Shown here in pieces: positions 1 through 8,989 of a stretch of DNA of 64,000 bases. Numbering within the stretch: position 1 is the first letter of the stretch; each line of letters starts with the position of its first letter. The stretch covers positions 1-64,000 of IMG/VR virus record IMGVR_UViG_3300025423_000009. The stretch is one strand, 5' to 3'. The position numbers and the translations under genes are program-made. The stretch comes from a virus. The notes under the pieces are model-generated. The model worked only from the letters and a program-made list of their open reading frames with translations. It was not told where the DNA came from and searched no databases.

Positions 1-1161
1 ATTGAAGTCTCCGGCCACCATCAGATCATGAACGATTGTGTCCATTGTTTCGATGCGTGAGTTGATCTTTCCGGCACGATTCGTGAGGAGAGTGTGATAA
101 TTGAATACGGATCCGTCAGTCGAATAGGCCAATGAGTTCGTCGGCACATACTCCGTGAATGCATCGTAAGTCTCGGATATCTTGACCTGCTGATCGGGCA
201 ACTCATATGGAATCGTGAACTTATCTGAAAGAACCGAGTTCTTATTCATGGTCTGCGATCCATCGAAGGCCTTCTGATAATTGAACTGCTGGCGCTGAAT
301 GGTCTTGGTGGACACGTCCAGATACATGTTGTTCGATGCAAAGGCTCCTCCGGAAAGATTCGGAAGCACCTTGGAAAGCTTGAAGTCCGACGAGACGTCG
401 AGAATGCGAGTCAGACGCTGCTGATAATCTTCCGGAGTATTTGGATCGCTGGAGTATAGGCGTTCATCGTTGTATGTGCGATAGATCGGATTGACTTTGT
501 CCGAGATCAAATTCGTCAATGATCGAAGATTGATGCCATCGATCAGAGTTTCATATAGAAAGAATGGAGAGAACTGCTCGTCATATGCGCGGCGAAGCAT
601 CCAGTAGGCGGAATCCAGAGGATGCATCAGAGGTAATGCACTCGAGAACCTCGAGATCGTCTTGTCGAAGGTACCGATACGTTCGGCCATGCAGTCCTTC
701 TGAACCATCTTAAGGATCTCATCGGACACCAATCCCGAGACGGCTCGCGAGACTCGCTTGAATTGTGAGACGTAAGCCTGCTGCGTGACGGCTACGATCG
801 AGTAGACCTGAGTATTCTGCTGAGTGGATCTTCCAAACTCTGGATACTCGGTCACCCAGAACTTGACCTTGATATCCGTCCAATCCGGAGATTCGTGCTC
901 ATGACGTCCCAGGCGTACCTCGATGGTTTCCTGACCAATCAGCTGAAACTCTTCGATAAAGTTGGCCACATCCTTGACACTTAGGCGTAATGTAAGCGCG
1001 GCCGTGTAGATGCTTTCCGTGATCGAGAAGTCAATGACGATGTTCTGTATGTCGGCCTGATCTCCTTTATGATTCGTCAGAATGATGCCACGAAGCGAAT
1101 ATCCGAATGGCGTCAGCGCCTTCTCGGTATTCGCCTTGATGTTTGCAATGATGTTAGGCAT
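1..1161 (-). CDS. Baseplate hub / tail protein (gp27-like), truncated at left window edge
   Basis: Manually read ORF starting ATG at 1161 (MPNIIANIKANTEKALTPFGYSLRGIILTNHKG...DFSITESIY...), overlapping the gp53 stop and apparently open to the window edge; position after gp53 fits a hub gene. Confidence 0.6.
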   Translation of the reverse strand, partial: MPNIIANIKANTEKALTPFGYSLRGIILTNHKGDQADIQNIVIDFSITESIYTAALTLRLSVKDVANFIEEFQLIGQETIEVRLGRHEHESPDWTDIKVKFWVTEYPEFGRSTQQNTQVYSIVAVTQQAYVSQFKRVSRAVSGLVSDEILKMVQKDCMAERIGTFDKTISRFSSALPLMHPLDSAYWMLRRAYDEQFSPFFLYETLIDGINLRSLTNLISDKVNPIYRTYNDERLYSSDPNTPEDYQQRLTRILDVSSDFKLSKVLPNLSGGAFASNNMYLDVSTKTIQRQQFNYQKAFDGSQTMNKNSVLSDKFTIPYELPDQQVKISETYDAFTEYVPTNSLAYSTDGSVFNYHTLLTNRAGKINSRIETMDTIVHDLMVAGDFN

Positions 1162-2164
1162 TCAACACCTCGCGGTATTGCTGAACAAAGGCTCGTATGT
1201 ATGATGGATTGACGACTTGAATTCGAGAACGAATGTCATTCAGATCATTCTCCCAGTCCGCATAGGTGACCGCGACGACTTGATTGGAGGGATAGATTCC
1301 TCGAGAAACGTCCTGTGCCGCAACATTTACGCCATGCCGATCCGTGAAGTAGATCGCGATCTGATTGCCATAAGAATCCGTCACCGCGACACCATTTCGA
1401 GAGTTCGGAAAGGTGGAGTTCGGTAATACGTCGGTCACCTGGCCTGTGATGCCATTGAAGTTTATGACCGTACTTCCCGGCTGAACATAGAACGCGAAGT
1501 GATGAACCGCATTGCGTCCGGACGAGATCAAGGATGGCGTGACGGACGCGATCATTCCGCCACTTCCAGGAAATGATGTTGCGGAAATAAAAGGTCCGGC
1601 ATTTAACTTTGTATTTGCCGGGCATGTAAGATTGAACGTCGAGTAGTTCGACACCAAGGTCGATGAAGAAGCCGAGTTGTATATCCAAAGCTGTTGCATC
1701 GATGGATCATACTTCATCACTCGAGCGGAATTTGATCCATAAGAATCCGTCACGTAATACTGATTGTTCAGAAAGTCGATTCCATTGACATTTGTCAGAT
1801 AGGTTCCACTCGAATCATAGCCAGATGATGTATCGGACATCTGAATGACCGAGTATTGATCATACTCACGTGTCAGATAGTCTTCCATCTCCTTCTGGCT
1901 CTTGGGCCACTCATTGAGTCCTCGCTTCAGAAAGTCATTGATAATGAAGAACGTCCAGTAGTAGTCCGAGTCACCATACAGCTTCTGCGAGACGACGTCC
2001 GGACGATCTCCGTTCTGCACGTCGTAGTACGTGTAAGCCAGATTTGGATCAAGCTTGATCTTCGACTTAGCCGTGACATTGCGAAAGAGATCGACGATCG
2101 TGGTTAGCGATCCATCACGCAATATGTCATACTGAGTCGTTGGAAATTGTCGAAAGAATGACAT
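1154..2164 (-). CDS. 53: Baseplate wedge subunit gp53 with a Ser/Thr/Gly-rich internal insertion
   Basis: N-term MSFFRQFP..Y, LysM-like YDVQNGDRPDVVSQKLYGDSDYYWTFFIIND..EWP, C-term YADWENDLNDIRSRIQVVNP. Confidence 0.85.
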   Translation of the reverse strand: MSFFRQFPTTQYDILRDGSLTTIVDLFRNVTAKSKIKLDPNLAYTYYDVQNGDRPDVVSQKLYGDSDYYWTFFIINDFLKRGLNEWPKSQKEMEDYLTREYDQYSVIQMSDTSSGYDSSGTYLTNVNGIDFLNNQYYVTDSYGSNSARVMKYDPSMQQLWIYNSASSSTLVSNYSTFNLTCPANTKLNAGPFISATSFPGSGGMIASVTPSLISSGRNAVHHFAFYVQPGSTVINFNGITGQVTDVLPNSTFPNSRNGVAVTDSYGNQIAIYFTDRHGVNVAAQDVSRGIYPSNQVVAVTYADWENDLNDIRSRIQVVNPSYIRAFVQQYREVLNA

Positions 2165-2167
2165 GGC

Positions 2168-3079
2168 TTAGTAGTATGTTGATCCCTTAATTTGCTGAGG
2201 AACGGAAGACGTGGCCAGACCGTTTGATCCGATGCCGCGATAGATGTCGGAATTAGGATCATTGCTCGAGACGTACTCGAGATTGTCGATGTCACGCCGC
2301 GTCAGCGTGCGAGTTTCTTGGAAGGTGATGGACACATCAACTTCGTATGGAGATCCATCTTCGTATCGAAAAGTGTTGTTCGAGGCATTGAACGTCGTCT
2401 GCAGAGTCGTCAGATAACAGGCAAAGATCTTGGGCATGTACTGATTCTCATTGCCGTCGATCATGAAACGAATGCGCCAGATCGGAGGATAATCGAGGAC
2501 CAGATTCGGTGACGTTGAGTCGGAGCCTGCGTAGATGTATCGTCTCAGAATTCGATGAATGCGACGAATCTGATCCGTGTCGCTCGAGTTCCGCGCAATC
2601 ATCTTGAGAGAGAACGTAAATGAGCGCAGATTATTACCCGTGAAAGTGGTGTTTGTATTTGGAGCATTGATCTTCTTCATACCAAACATGGCCAGATTAC
2701 CACCTCGCTCGGATCCCATCATGCCTCCAACCTTCTGAGCCGCATATGCCTTGACCTTCGTGAAGATCGACGAGGCCAACCCGCTTTGTCCGAGTGAACC
2801 CATGGCCGCACCGTAAGCACCGGAGACGTCACCTCTCATCAGATTCGACATTGTGTCCATGCCCAGACCTCCGATGGCACCCAGTTCAATCTTCGAATAG
2901 TCACCGCCATCAGCAAAGGTGATGCCCATCGGCATTGGCAGATAGATCGACTTGTACATGCGACCGTCGGCGGCGGATCCCTGAACCGTGAATTCGATCT
3001 GAGGAAAAGCTTTTCCGTCGGCCGTCACGGATCGAAGGTCCGAAGGAAAATAAGCGATATTTGATGTGTCCTCGGCCAT
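2168..3079 (-). CDS. 48: Baseplate tail-tube cap gp48-like
   Basis: Likely start MAEDTS at 3079, downstream of a late promoter; motifs SIYLPMP, NPN..FTGNNLRSFTFSLKM, YPPIWRIRF, V.ITFQETRTLTR. Confidence 0.8.
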   Translation of the reverse strand: MAEDTSNIAYFPSDLRSVTADGKAFPQIEFTVQGSAADGRMYKSIYLPMPMGITFADGGDYSKIELGAIGGLGMDTMSNLMRGDVSGAYGAAMGSLGQSGLASSIFTKVKAYAAQKVGGMMGSERGGNLAMFGMKKINAPNTNTTFTGNNLRSFTFSLKMIARNSSDTDQIRRIHRILRRYIYAGSDSTSPNLVLDYPPIWRIRFMIDGNENQYMPKIFACYLTTLQTTFNASNNTFRYEDGSPYEVDVSITFQETRTLTRRDIDNLEYVSSNDPNSDIYRGIGSNGLATSSVPQQIKGSTYY

Positions 3080-3096
3080 AGATAGTTGTTGAAAAC

Positions 3097-3104
3097 TATT
3101 TATA
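3097..3104 (-). promoter_or_regulatory. T4-type late promoter TATAAATA (gp48)
   Basis: Exact TATAAATA on the minus strand 18 nt upstream of the gp48 ATG. Confidence 0.75.
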
Positions 3105-3108
3105 CGCC

Positions 3109-3561
3109 GTGCCTGACTATTACAAAGGACGATATTCGATTCGGAACACATCCAAATACCAGGGTGATCCGACTCGAGTCTTCTTTCGCTCTCTTTGGGA
3201 GAGGCAAGTTTTTCGTTGGTGTGATGAGAATCCGGACGTGAAATCATGGGTATCCGAGGAGATCGTGATACCCTACGTCTGCAAGACTGATGGAAGAGTC
3301 CATCGCTACTTCGTGGATTTGAAGGTAACGATGGCCGACGGAAAGACTTACCTGGTTGAGATCAAGCCCAAGAGTCAGACTCAGCCTCCGATTCAGCCAA
3401 AGCATAAGACTCGAAGGTACGTGATCGAGGTCATGAACTACGTGAAGAATACGTCTAAGTGGGAAGCCGCGGACAAATACGCGGTCCAGATGGGATGGAC
3501 ATTTTCCGTCTGGACCGAAGAGACTCTGAAGGGATTCGGAATTCGACTGCTAACGGCCTGA
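3109..3561 (+). CDS. 4: Head completion protein gp4 (TnsA-like endonuclease fold)
   Basis: YKGRY..N.SKY.GDPT.V.FRSLWE...WCD.NP.V..W.SEE..IPY...DGRVHRYFVD...LVEIKP; GTG start. Confidence 0.9.
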   Translation: MPDYYKGRYSIRNTSKYQGDPTRVFFRSLWERQVFRWCDENPDVKSWVSEEIVIPYVCKTDGRVHRYFVDLKVTMADGKTYLVEIKPKSQTQPPIQPKHKTRRYVIEVMNYVKNTSKWEAADKYAVQMGWTFSVWTEETLKGFGIRLLTA

Positions 3562-3573
3562 TAAATAAGAGAT

Positions 3574-4113
3574 ATGCCAGAACAAGGCTCAATCGATCTA
3601 CTTAAGGCGGCTATCTCCGGTCGAAACGGCATCGTACGCCCCTCGAGGTTTTCCGTCATGATCACACCACCGAGCAACGTTAGTGTGAGCCGAGATCTAA
3701 ATCTGCTCTGCGAAACGGCTCCAATACCATCCCGTAAGATCTCCACGTCCGACTATACATCATATAGAAATCCATTCAAGGTCCCTACCGGATTCACTTA
3801 CGACGACGTGACACTGACTTTCCTGTTGACCGGAGACTACTATGCCAAATCGCTCTTCGATCGATGGTCCGCGTCAATCGTCGACGTGCCCTCGTACCGT
3901 GTGAAGTATACAGACTCGTTCTCCGGACGAGTTCAGATCACTCAGCTCGATGATGCTCTGGAACCGATATATCGAATCACTTTCAATGACGCCTTTCCAA
4001 ACACGGTCGGTGAACTTGCTCTGAACTCCGGCAGTCTGAATGAAACCATGAAGTTGTCCGTGACGTTTTCGTACTATGACTACACGATCGAAGATTACTC
4101 GGCTCTGAACTAA
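3574..4113 (+). CDS. 54: Tail tube initiator gp54 / gp19-like tail-tube-fold protein
   Basis: RPSRFSVMI, LCETAPIPSR, Y..VTLTF, DAFP.TVGEL.L, L.VTFSY; preceded by GATAAATA late-promoter variant. Confidence 0.7.
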   Translation: MPEQGSIDLLKAAISGRNGIVRPSRFSVMITPPSNVSVSRDLNLLCETAPIPSRKISTSDYTSYRNPFKVPTGFTYDDVTLTFLLTGDYYAKSLFDRWSASIVDVPSYRVKYTDSFSGRVQITQLDDALEPIYRITFNDAFPNTVGELALNSGSLNETMKLSVTFSYYDYTIEDYSALN

Positions 4114-4163
4114 CTATCAGTGATCGATTTGCTGATACATAGTATCAGAACCAAAGCTTTACT

Positions 4164-4877
4164 ATGCCACTACCCATCGTTGAAACACCCAAGTACACGG
4201 TAACCATTCCGTCAACCAAGAAGACCATCGAGATTCGTCCGTACCTGGTCAAGGAAGAGAAGGTCCTCATGATCGCTCTGGAATCGAGTGATTCTAAGTC
4301 TATCCTTCAGGCCGTCAAGGACGTCGTTCGCGCATGTACCTTCGAGAAGATCAATCCAAATGATCTGTCGATCGTCGACCTCGAATACATCTTTCTCAAG
4401 CTTCGCGCGGTCTCGGTCGGTGAGACGGCCAATGTTCAACTGAAGTGTCAAAATGAATCATGTGGTCAGATGGTGGAAACGGCCATCGATCTTAACTCCA
4501 TCGAAACCACTCGCGGTGCCGATGTTTCCAATAAGATTCAGTTGACCGACAAAGTCGGAGTGATCATGCAACCGATCACGGTGAAAGCGCTCAATCGCCT
4601 GGACGCGGAAGGCAAGCCGAAGAGTGAAGCCGTCATGCAGATGATCGCCGCATCGATCGAGGCCATCTACGACGAGAATGCCGTTCATCGTTCGGAAGAT
4701 CAGACTCCGGAAGATCTGACCAAATTCATCGACTCTCTGTCCTCCTCACATCTGAACAAGATCCGTCAGTGGATCGAAGCTCAACCCAAGCTTTCCAAGG
4801 ACGTCGAGTATACCTGCAAGAAGTGCGGTAAGCCATCGAAGTTGACTCTTAATGGACTACAGGCTTTTTTCGCCTGA
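4164..4877 (+). CDS. 26: Baseplate hub subunit/assembly protein gp26
   Basis: MPLP..ETPKY.V.IPST...IRPYLVKEEKVLMIALES, DLEYIFLKLRAVSVGE, CxxC motifs, ends GLQAFFA. Confidence 0.9.
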   Translation: MPLPIVETPKYTVTIPSTKKTIEIRPYLVKEEKVLMIALESSDSKSILQAVKDVVRACTFEKINPNDLSIVDLEYIFLKLRAVSVGETANVQLKCQNESCGQMVETAIDLNSIETTRGADVSNKIQLTDKVGVIMQPITVKALNRLDAEGKPKSEAVMQMIAASIEAIYDENAVHRSEDQTPEDLTKFIDSLSSSHLNKIRQWIEAQPKLSKDVEYTCKKCGKPSKLTLNGLQAFFA

Positions 4878-5086
4878 GCCTCTCCCACGACTCTCTCGAG
4901 AATCACTATACCGTGAACTTCGAGATGATGCAGAGGCACAAGTACAGTCTATCGGAACTCAATGAGATGCTACCGTGGGAGCGAGAGATCTATGTTTCCT
5001 TACTGATCGAGCACGTCAAGGAAGAGAATAAACGTCAGAAGGAAGAGGTTTCCGCTATAAATAGCAAGTACAAGACACCACACTAA
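4871..5086 (+). CDS. 51: gp51 baseplate hub assembly protein (-1 frame relative to gp26, no start codon before its conserved N-terminus)
   Basis: Reads RLSLSHDSLENHYTVNFEMMQRHKYSLSELNEMLPWEREIYVSLLIEHVKEENKRQ...*; in-frame TAA at 4850-4852; first ATG (4925) lies inside the conserved region. Confidence 0.8.
   Translation, partial: RLSLSHDSLENHYTVNFEMMQRHKYSLSELNEMLPWEREIYVSLLIEHVKEENKRQKEEVSAINSKYKTPH
5056..5063 (+). promoter_or_regulatory. T4-type late promoter TATAAATA (tape measure gene)
   Basis: Exact consensus 24 nt upstream of ATG 5088. Confidence 0.75.
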
Positions 5087-5087
5087 A

Positions 5088-7163
5088 ATGGCAATCTCAT
5101 CCTCAGATGTCAAAAATATAGTCGCTGGCCTAAAGGCTTCATCCAAGGGCATTAAGCCTGACGAGCTTAAGTCATTATCGACTTTGGCGGATTCCATCAT
5201 CGGCCTTGCAAGCTTGGACTTGAAGAAGGCTACTAAGAGCTTCTCGAGTCTGGCAGGATTGAAGGATGTGATCTCCGGATCGAGTGGCGCATTGACTGAG
5301 ATCTCTGCCATTCTAAAAGAAAGTGGACTAGGAACGATCGGACGTAAGCCGATTGAGGCGCTAAAGAACCTTTCCGATGCGCTGAATGCCTTCTCAAGCA
5401 TTGACTGGAAAAACACGCTGAGGGGCTTCTCCTACATGGCCGAGATCGAGAAGATCGCTCCTCAAATCGAAAATGGATTGATCTCAATTGGAGTGGCGGT
5501 CCTCAACATCGCGGATCGTAAACTCATTCAGGCTTTCGAAAATCTCAGTTCGCTCTCAATTGGCCTAAATGCCTTCTCTCAGATCAAGTGGACGAATCTT
5601 ATCGCCGGCTTCACGATCATGGGTCAAATCTCTCGTCTGGCCGAAAGTGCAAAGATCGGATTTAAGGCCGTAGCCATGGCTCTATCAGATCTGGCCAAGA
5701 AGGGTGCACAGAAAGCTTTCGCAGGACTAGAAAGTCTGGCCACAGGATTCAAGACATTTTCAGAGATCGCTTGGGCCAAAGTCGTGTATGGCTTTACGAT
5801 GATGGGTGAAATCTCTCGTCTGGCCGAAAGTGCAAAGATCGGATTTAAGGCCGTATCCGAGGCACTGAGACCTCTGGCCAATAATGAAGGCATTCAGGCT
5901 TTCAAAGATCTGGCTGAAGGATTCAAGACATTTTCAGAGATCGCTTGGGCCAAAGTCGTGTATGGCTTCACGATCATGGGTCGAATCTCTCGTCTGGCCG
6001 AAAGTGCAAAGATCGGATTCGAGGCCGTATCCGAGGCACTGAGACCTCTGGCCAATAACGAAGGCATTCAGGCTTTCAAAGATCTGGCTGAAGGATTCAA
6101 GACATTTTCAGAGATCGCTTGGGCCAAAGTCGTGTATGGCTTTACGATGATGGGTACGATCGTTCGATTGGTGGCTTCTGGAAAGGGATTCGAGGCCGTA
6201 TCCGAGGCACTGAGACCTCTAGCCAATAACGAAGGCATTAAGGCTTTCACAGGTCTGGCCACAGGATTCAAGACGTTCTCGGAGATCAAGTGGCTAAAGA
6301 TCATCATTGGACTCACGGCCGTCAACATGTTCTCCAAAGCGTTTGGCGGATTCGCTAAGGCCGTCGATGCGATGAGCACGCTCTCAAATCCTGAAAGTAA
6401 GGAGACCGTTAAGACTTTCAGTGAGCTCGCAAGCTCTCTTGAGGCATTCGCCAAGGTGTCATGGGTATCTGTTCTCGTTGGACTCAAGATCCTTCAGTAC
6501 ACGGTCAAGCCAGCTTTCGAAGCTCTGGCCTCGGCCGGTGCCATTCTCATGGCTAACATAGAGCTCATCGGACCGGCCATTCTTGCTCTTGGAGCGATCG
6601 GCCTCGCGCTCGTGCCCTTCGGTGTAGCTGCCATGATGGCCGGAGCCGGAGTGCTCATGTTGGGCACAGGAATGCTTCTGATGGCCGTAGCCGTGAAGAA
6701 GGCCGTCGATCCACTGACGCAGTTGGCCAAGTTAGATCTCTTTGGCGCGGCGGCTGGCATCATGGCCGTCTCGGCGGCTCTGGCCGCCTTCGCTTTGGGT
6801 CAAACAGGCATGGCCATCACCGGATTCTTTGGTAAGCTTCTGGGTGGTGGAAAGAGCCCGATCGATCAGCTTAAGGAAATCGCGGATCTGGGCCCGAACC
6901 TCGAGAAGACGGCGGACGCTCTGGAACGAATCAAGGAAGCTCTGGCTGGTATGCCATCGAAGTCCGGTATGGAACTCGGCCGTCTGAACGAAGAAGGCAA
7001 AGAGATCTCCGTGGCTCGCGCTGGTGCTGAAAGCAATGCCGGTGGCGCGGTCGACATGAGTTCAACACGTCGAGCCGTGACAAACAATCTTTCATCGATG
7101 GTCGTCAATAACGGATGGATGCCCGATCGCTCGACGGCATTGGTTCTCGCTCCTGCCATCTGA
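5088..7163 (+). CDS. Tape-measure-like protein (gp29 position) with internal 58-aa repeats
   Basis: 691 aa, Ala/Leu/Ile-rich helical composition, periodic Trp (FS.I.W), hydrophobic stretch; follows gp26/gp51. Confidence 0.7.
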   Translation: MAISSSDVKNIVAGLKASSKGIKPDELKSLSTLADSIIGLASLDLKKATKSFSSLAGLKDVISGSSGALTEISAILKESGLGTIGRKPIEALKNLSDALNAFSSIDWKNTLRGFSYMAEIEKIAPQIENGLISIGVAVLNIADRKLIQAFENLSSLSIGLNAFSQIKWTNLIAGFTIMGQISRLAESAKIGFKAVAMALSDLAKKGAQKAFAGLESLATGFKTFSEIAWAKVVYGFTMMGEISRLAESAKIGFKAVSEALRPLANNEGIQAFKDLAEGFKTFSEIAWAKVVYGFTIMGRISRLAESAKIGFEAVSEALRPLANNEGIQAFKDLAEGFKTFSEIAWAKVVYGFTMMGTIVRLVASGKGFEAVSEALRPLANNEGIKAFTGLATGFKTFSEIKWLKIIIGLTAVNMFSKAFGGFAKAVDAMSTLSNPESKETVKTFSELASSLEAFAKVSWVSVLVGLKILQYTVKPAFEALASAGAILMANIELIGPAILALGAIGLALVPFGVAAMMAGAGVLMLGTGMLLMAVAVKKAVDPLTQLAKLDLFGAAAGIMAVSAALAAFALGQTGMAITGFFGKLLGGGKSPIDQLKEIADLGPNLEKTADALERIKEALAGMPSKSGMELGRLNEEGKEISVARAGAESNAGGAVDMSSTRRAVTNNLSSMVVNNGWMPDRSTALVLAPAI
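5745..6300 (+). repeat. Near-identical 174-nt tandem repeats inside the tape measure gene
   Basis: GGATTCAAGAC recurs at 5745, 5919, 6093 (period 174) and 6264 (period 171). Confidence 0.9.
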
Positions 7164-7168
7164 GCAAG

Positions 7169-7196
7169 AAAAAAGCCTCGGACTTAAGTCCGAGGC
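7169..7196 (-). terminator. Rho-independent terminator for minus-strand (gp32) transcription
   Basis: GCCTCGGAC-TTAA-GTCCGAGGC 9-bp stem followed by T6 on the minus strand. Confidence 0.8.
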
Positions 7197-7219
7197 TTGA
7201 TTCCCAAGGCTGTAATTTG

Positions 7220-7263
7220 TATAAATAGAGATGTTGGCCACGGTATTACTAGTACCTGCCAAC
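7220..7263 (+). promoter_or_regulatory. Late promoter TATAAATA plus conserved hairpin (HEG leader, copy 1)
   Basis: TATAAATA 7220-7227; GTTGGC-CAC-GGTA-TTACTAG-TACC-T-GCCAAC 7233-7263. Confidence 0.8.
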
Positions 7264-7290
7264 TCTACACAAACCCAATTAAAGGCAACT

Positions 7291-7944
7291 ATGCAGCAGA
7301 ATTATATTTATCGCAATCCTACTAGAGAAGTACTCATCAATCTTCCCAAACTTCCATTCTTCTATATCATTGAAGAGTGTGATAGTAAAAGATATTATGC
7401 TGGAATAAAACATTTTAATCCAGATCCTGGCAAATTTATGACTAAAGGTGGATATAGAACATCGTGCAATGAAATTAAAAATAAAGATGTTGCTAATTAT
7501 ATCATTAGAAGAATTGTTTTTATTGAAGATAGAAAGACTCTATATTTGCACGAATTTCGTTTTCTAAAATACGTTGATGCTTTCAACAATTCTAAAATAA
7601 TCAATGGTAATTATGGACCTCTCAATCCAAATACTACTGGATGTTCATTAAAGACACGCGAAAAAATAAGATTGGCTAAGCTTGGAAAACCACAATCGGA
7701 ATCACACAGAAAAAACAATAGTCTTTGTCGTATTGGAATCAAACGAAAACCGCACACTAAAGAGACTATAGAAAAAATGAGATTGGCTAAGCTAGGTAAA
7801 TCTCATTCTTCAGAAACTAAGCAAAAGGTGAGATTGAGTAAGCAAGGCCAATTGTGGTGGAATAATGGATCTAGATCTTGTATGGCTAGGGAATGCCCAG
7901 GGATTGAATGGATTAAAGGTAGAAAAAGAATAGCCTGGACATAA
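7291..7944 (+). mobile_element. Free-standing GIY-YIG-like homing endonuclease with NUMOD3 repeats (HEG1)
   Basis: FYIIEE..KRYYAG..GYRTS; NUMOD3-like KPHTKETIEKMRLAKLGKSHSSETKQKV; AT-rich; antisense to gp32; likely start 7291 (in-frame ATG also at 7231). Confidence 0.8.
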
Positions 7945-7960
7945 AAATCCAGGCTATTCT
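7921..7960 (-). terminator. 13-bp hairpin overlapping the HEG1 stop; terminator for gp32
   Basis: AGAATAGCCTGGA-CATAAAAA-TCCAGGCTATTCT (7927-7960) followed by a T-run on the minus strand. Confidence 0.7.
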
Positions 7961-7976
7961 ATATTCTTGGCCGATA

Positions 7977-8912
7977 TTAGGAATTTGCGAGACGGGCGAA
8001 GTACGACATACCCTTGCCGCCGTCTTCATCTTCAGTCGTTCCAGACAAGCCGTCAACGACCTCTTCTTCCGTAGCCGCCACCGGACCAGCTTCAGGTTCT
8101 GGAGACGTGTGACGAGGAGTCGGAAGCTCATCGACTTCTTCGGCCGTAGCCGGACCGTCCAGAGCCGTTTCACCGACAACTTCGATCAGCTTCTTCTTCA
8201 GCTCCGCGTAGCTCTTGTAGTTCTTCGGATCGAGGAAGTCCTTGAGCGGATATTCCTGCTTGTAGATCGCTTCCAGAGCCTTGTCGTCACCCTTGAAGAG
8301 TTCTGACGAAGCTTCGAACTCGGACTTATCGTAGTTGCGATAACCTTCGACCTGACGAATCTTCAGCTTGAAGTTGGCGCCAGACCAGAAGTCGAACGGA
8401 TTGATCGGCTGCTCGCCGGGGAACTGCGGATGCATCAGATCGTCGATCTTATCCCAGATCTTCTTACCGAACTTGAATAGGAATACCTTGCCCTCGTTGG
8501 CCGGATTGCCGGGATCCGAGATCACCAGAACGTTGGCGACGTAATGAAGGCGGCGTTTCTGAGCTCGAGCTTGCTTACGCTCCGAAGAGTTGTCGTCGGA
8601 CGAAGCATTCCAGAGTTTCGAGTTTAGTTCGGACACCGGATCATTCTGACCGATCGAGGTTAGAGAGTTCTCGATGTACCAGCGACCCGTGGAGCCCTTG
8701 AAGCCATGATCCCAGTAGCGAACCCAGGCGACGTCTTCTCCCTCGGGAGCCGGAAGGAATCGAAGGACCGCGTATCCGTTTCCGGCCTTATCGACGGTCG
8801 GCGACCAGAAACGATCATCGGTCTCATACTTGTTGGCGTTGAGTTTCTCAGCCGCGGCCAGGAGCTTGCTCATGGAGGCTGAACGGTTTTGCTTTAATGC
8901 ACTGAATGACAT
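7977..8912 (-). CDS. 32: Single-stranded DNA-binding protein gp32
   Basis: DDRFWSPTVDKAGNGYAVLRFLPAP, HGFKG..GRWYIENSLTSIG..DPVSE, FKFGKKI.DKI, NPFDFW.GANFKLK, YRNYDKSEF, acidic tail. Confidence 0.97.
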   Translation of the reverse strand: MSFSALKQNRSASMSKLLAAAEKLNANKYETDDRFWSPTVDKAGNGYAVLRFLPAPEGEDVAWVRYWDHGFKGSTGRWYIENSLTSIGQNDPVSELNSKLWNASSDDNSSERKQARAQKRRLHYVANVLVISDPGNPANEGKVFLFKFGKKIWDKIDDLMHPQFPGEQPINPFDFWSGANFKLKIRQVEGYRNYDKSEFEASSELFKGDDKALEAIYKQEYPLKDFLDPKNYKSYAELKKKLIEVVGETALDGPATAEEVDELPTPRHTSPEPEAGPVAATEEEVVDGLSGTTEDEDGGKGMSYFARLANS

Positions 8913-8989
8913 ATATGTTGTTGTATGTTTGGTTGTGTGTTTGTATTTGCCGAGCTACTCACTCGACAGCAAGAGATATGTATACTACC

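Noticed and set aside
7233-7263. HEG leader hairpin as a K-turn or terminator
   Set aside because: Lacks tandem G-A pairs and a U-tract; it sits at the transcript 5' end.
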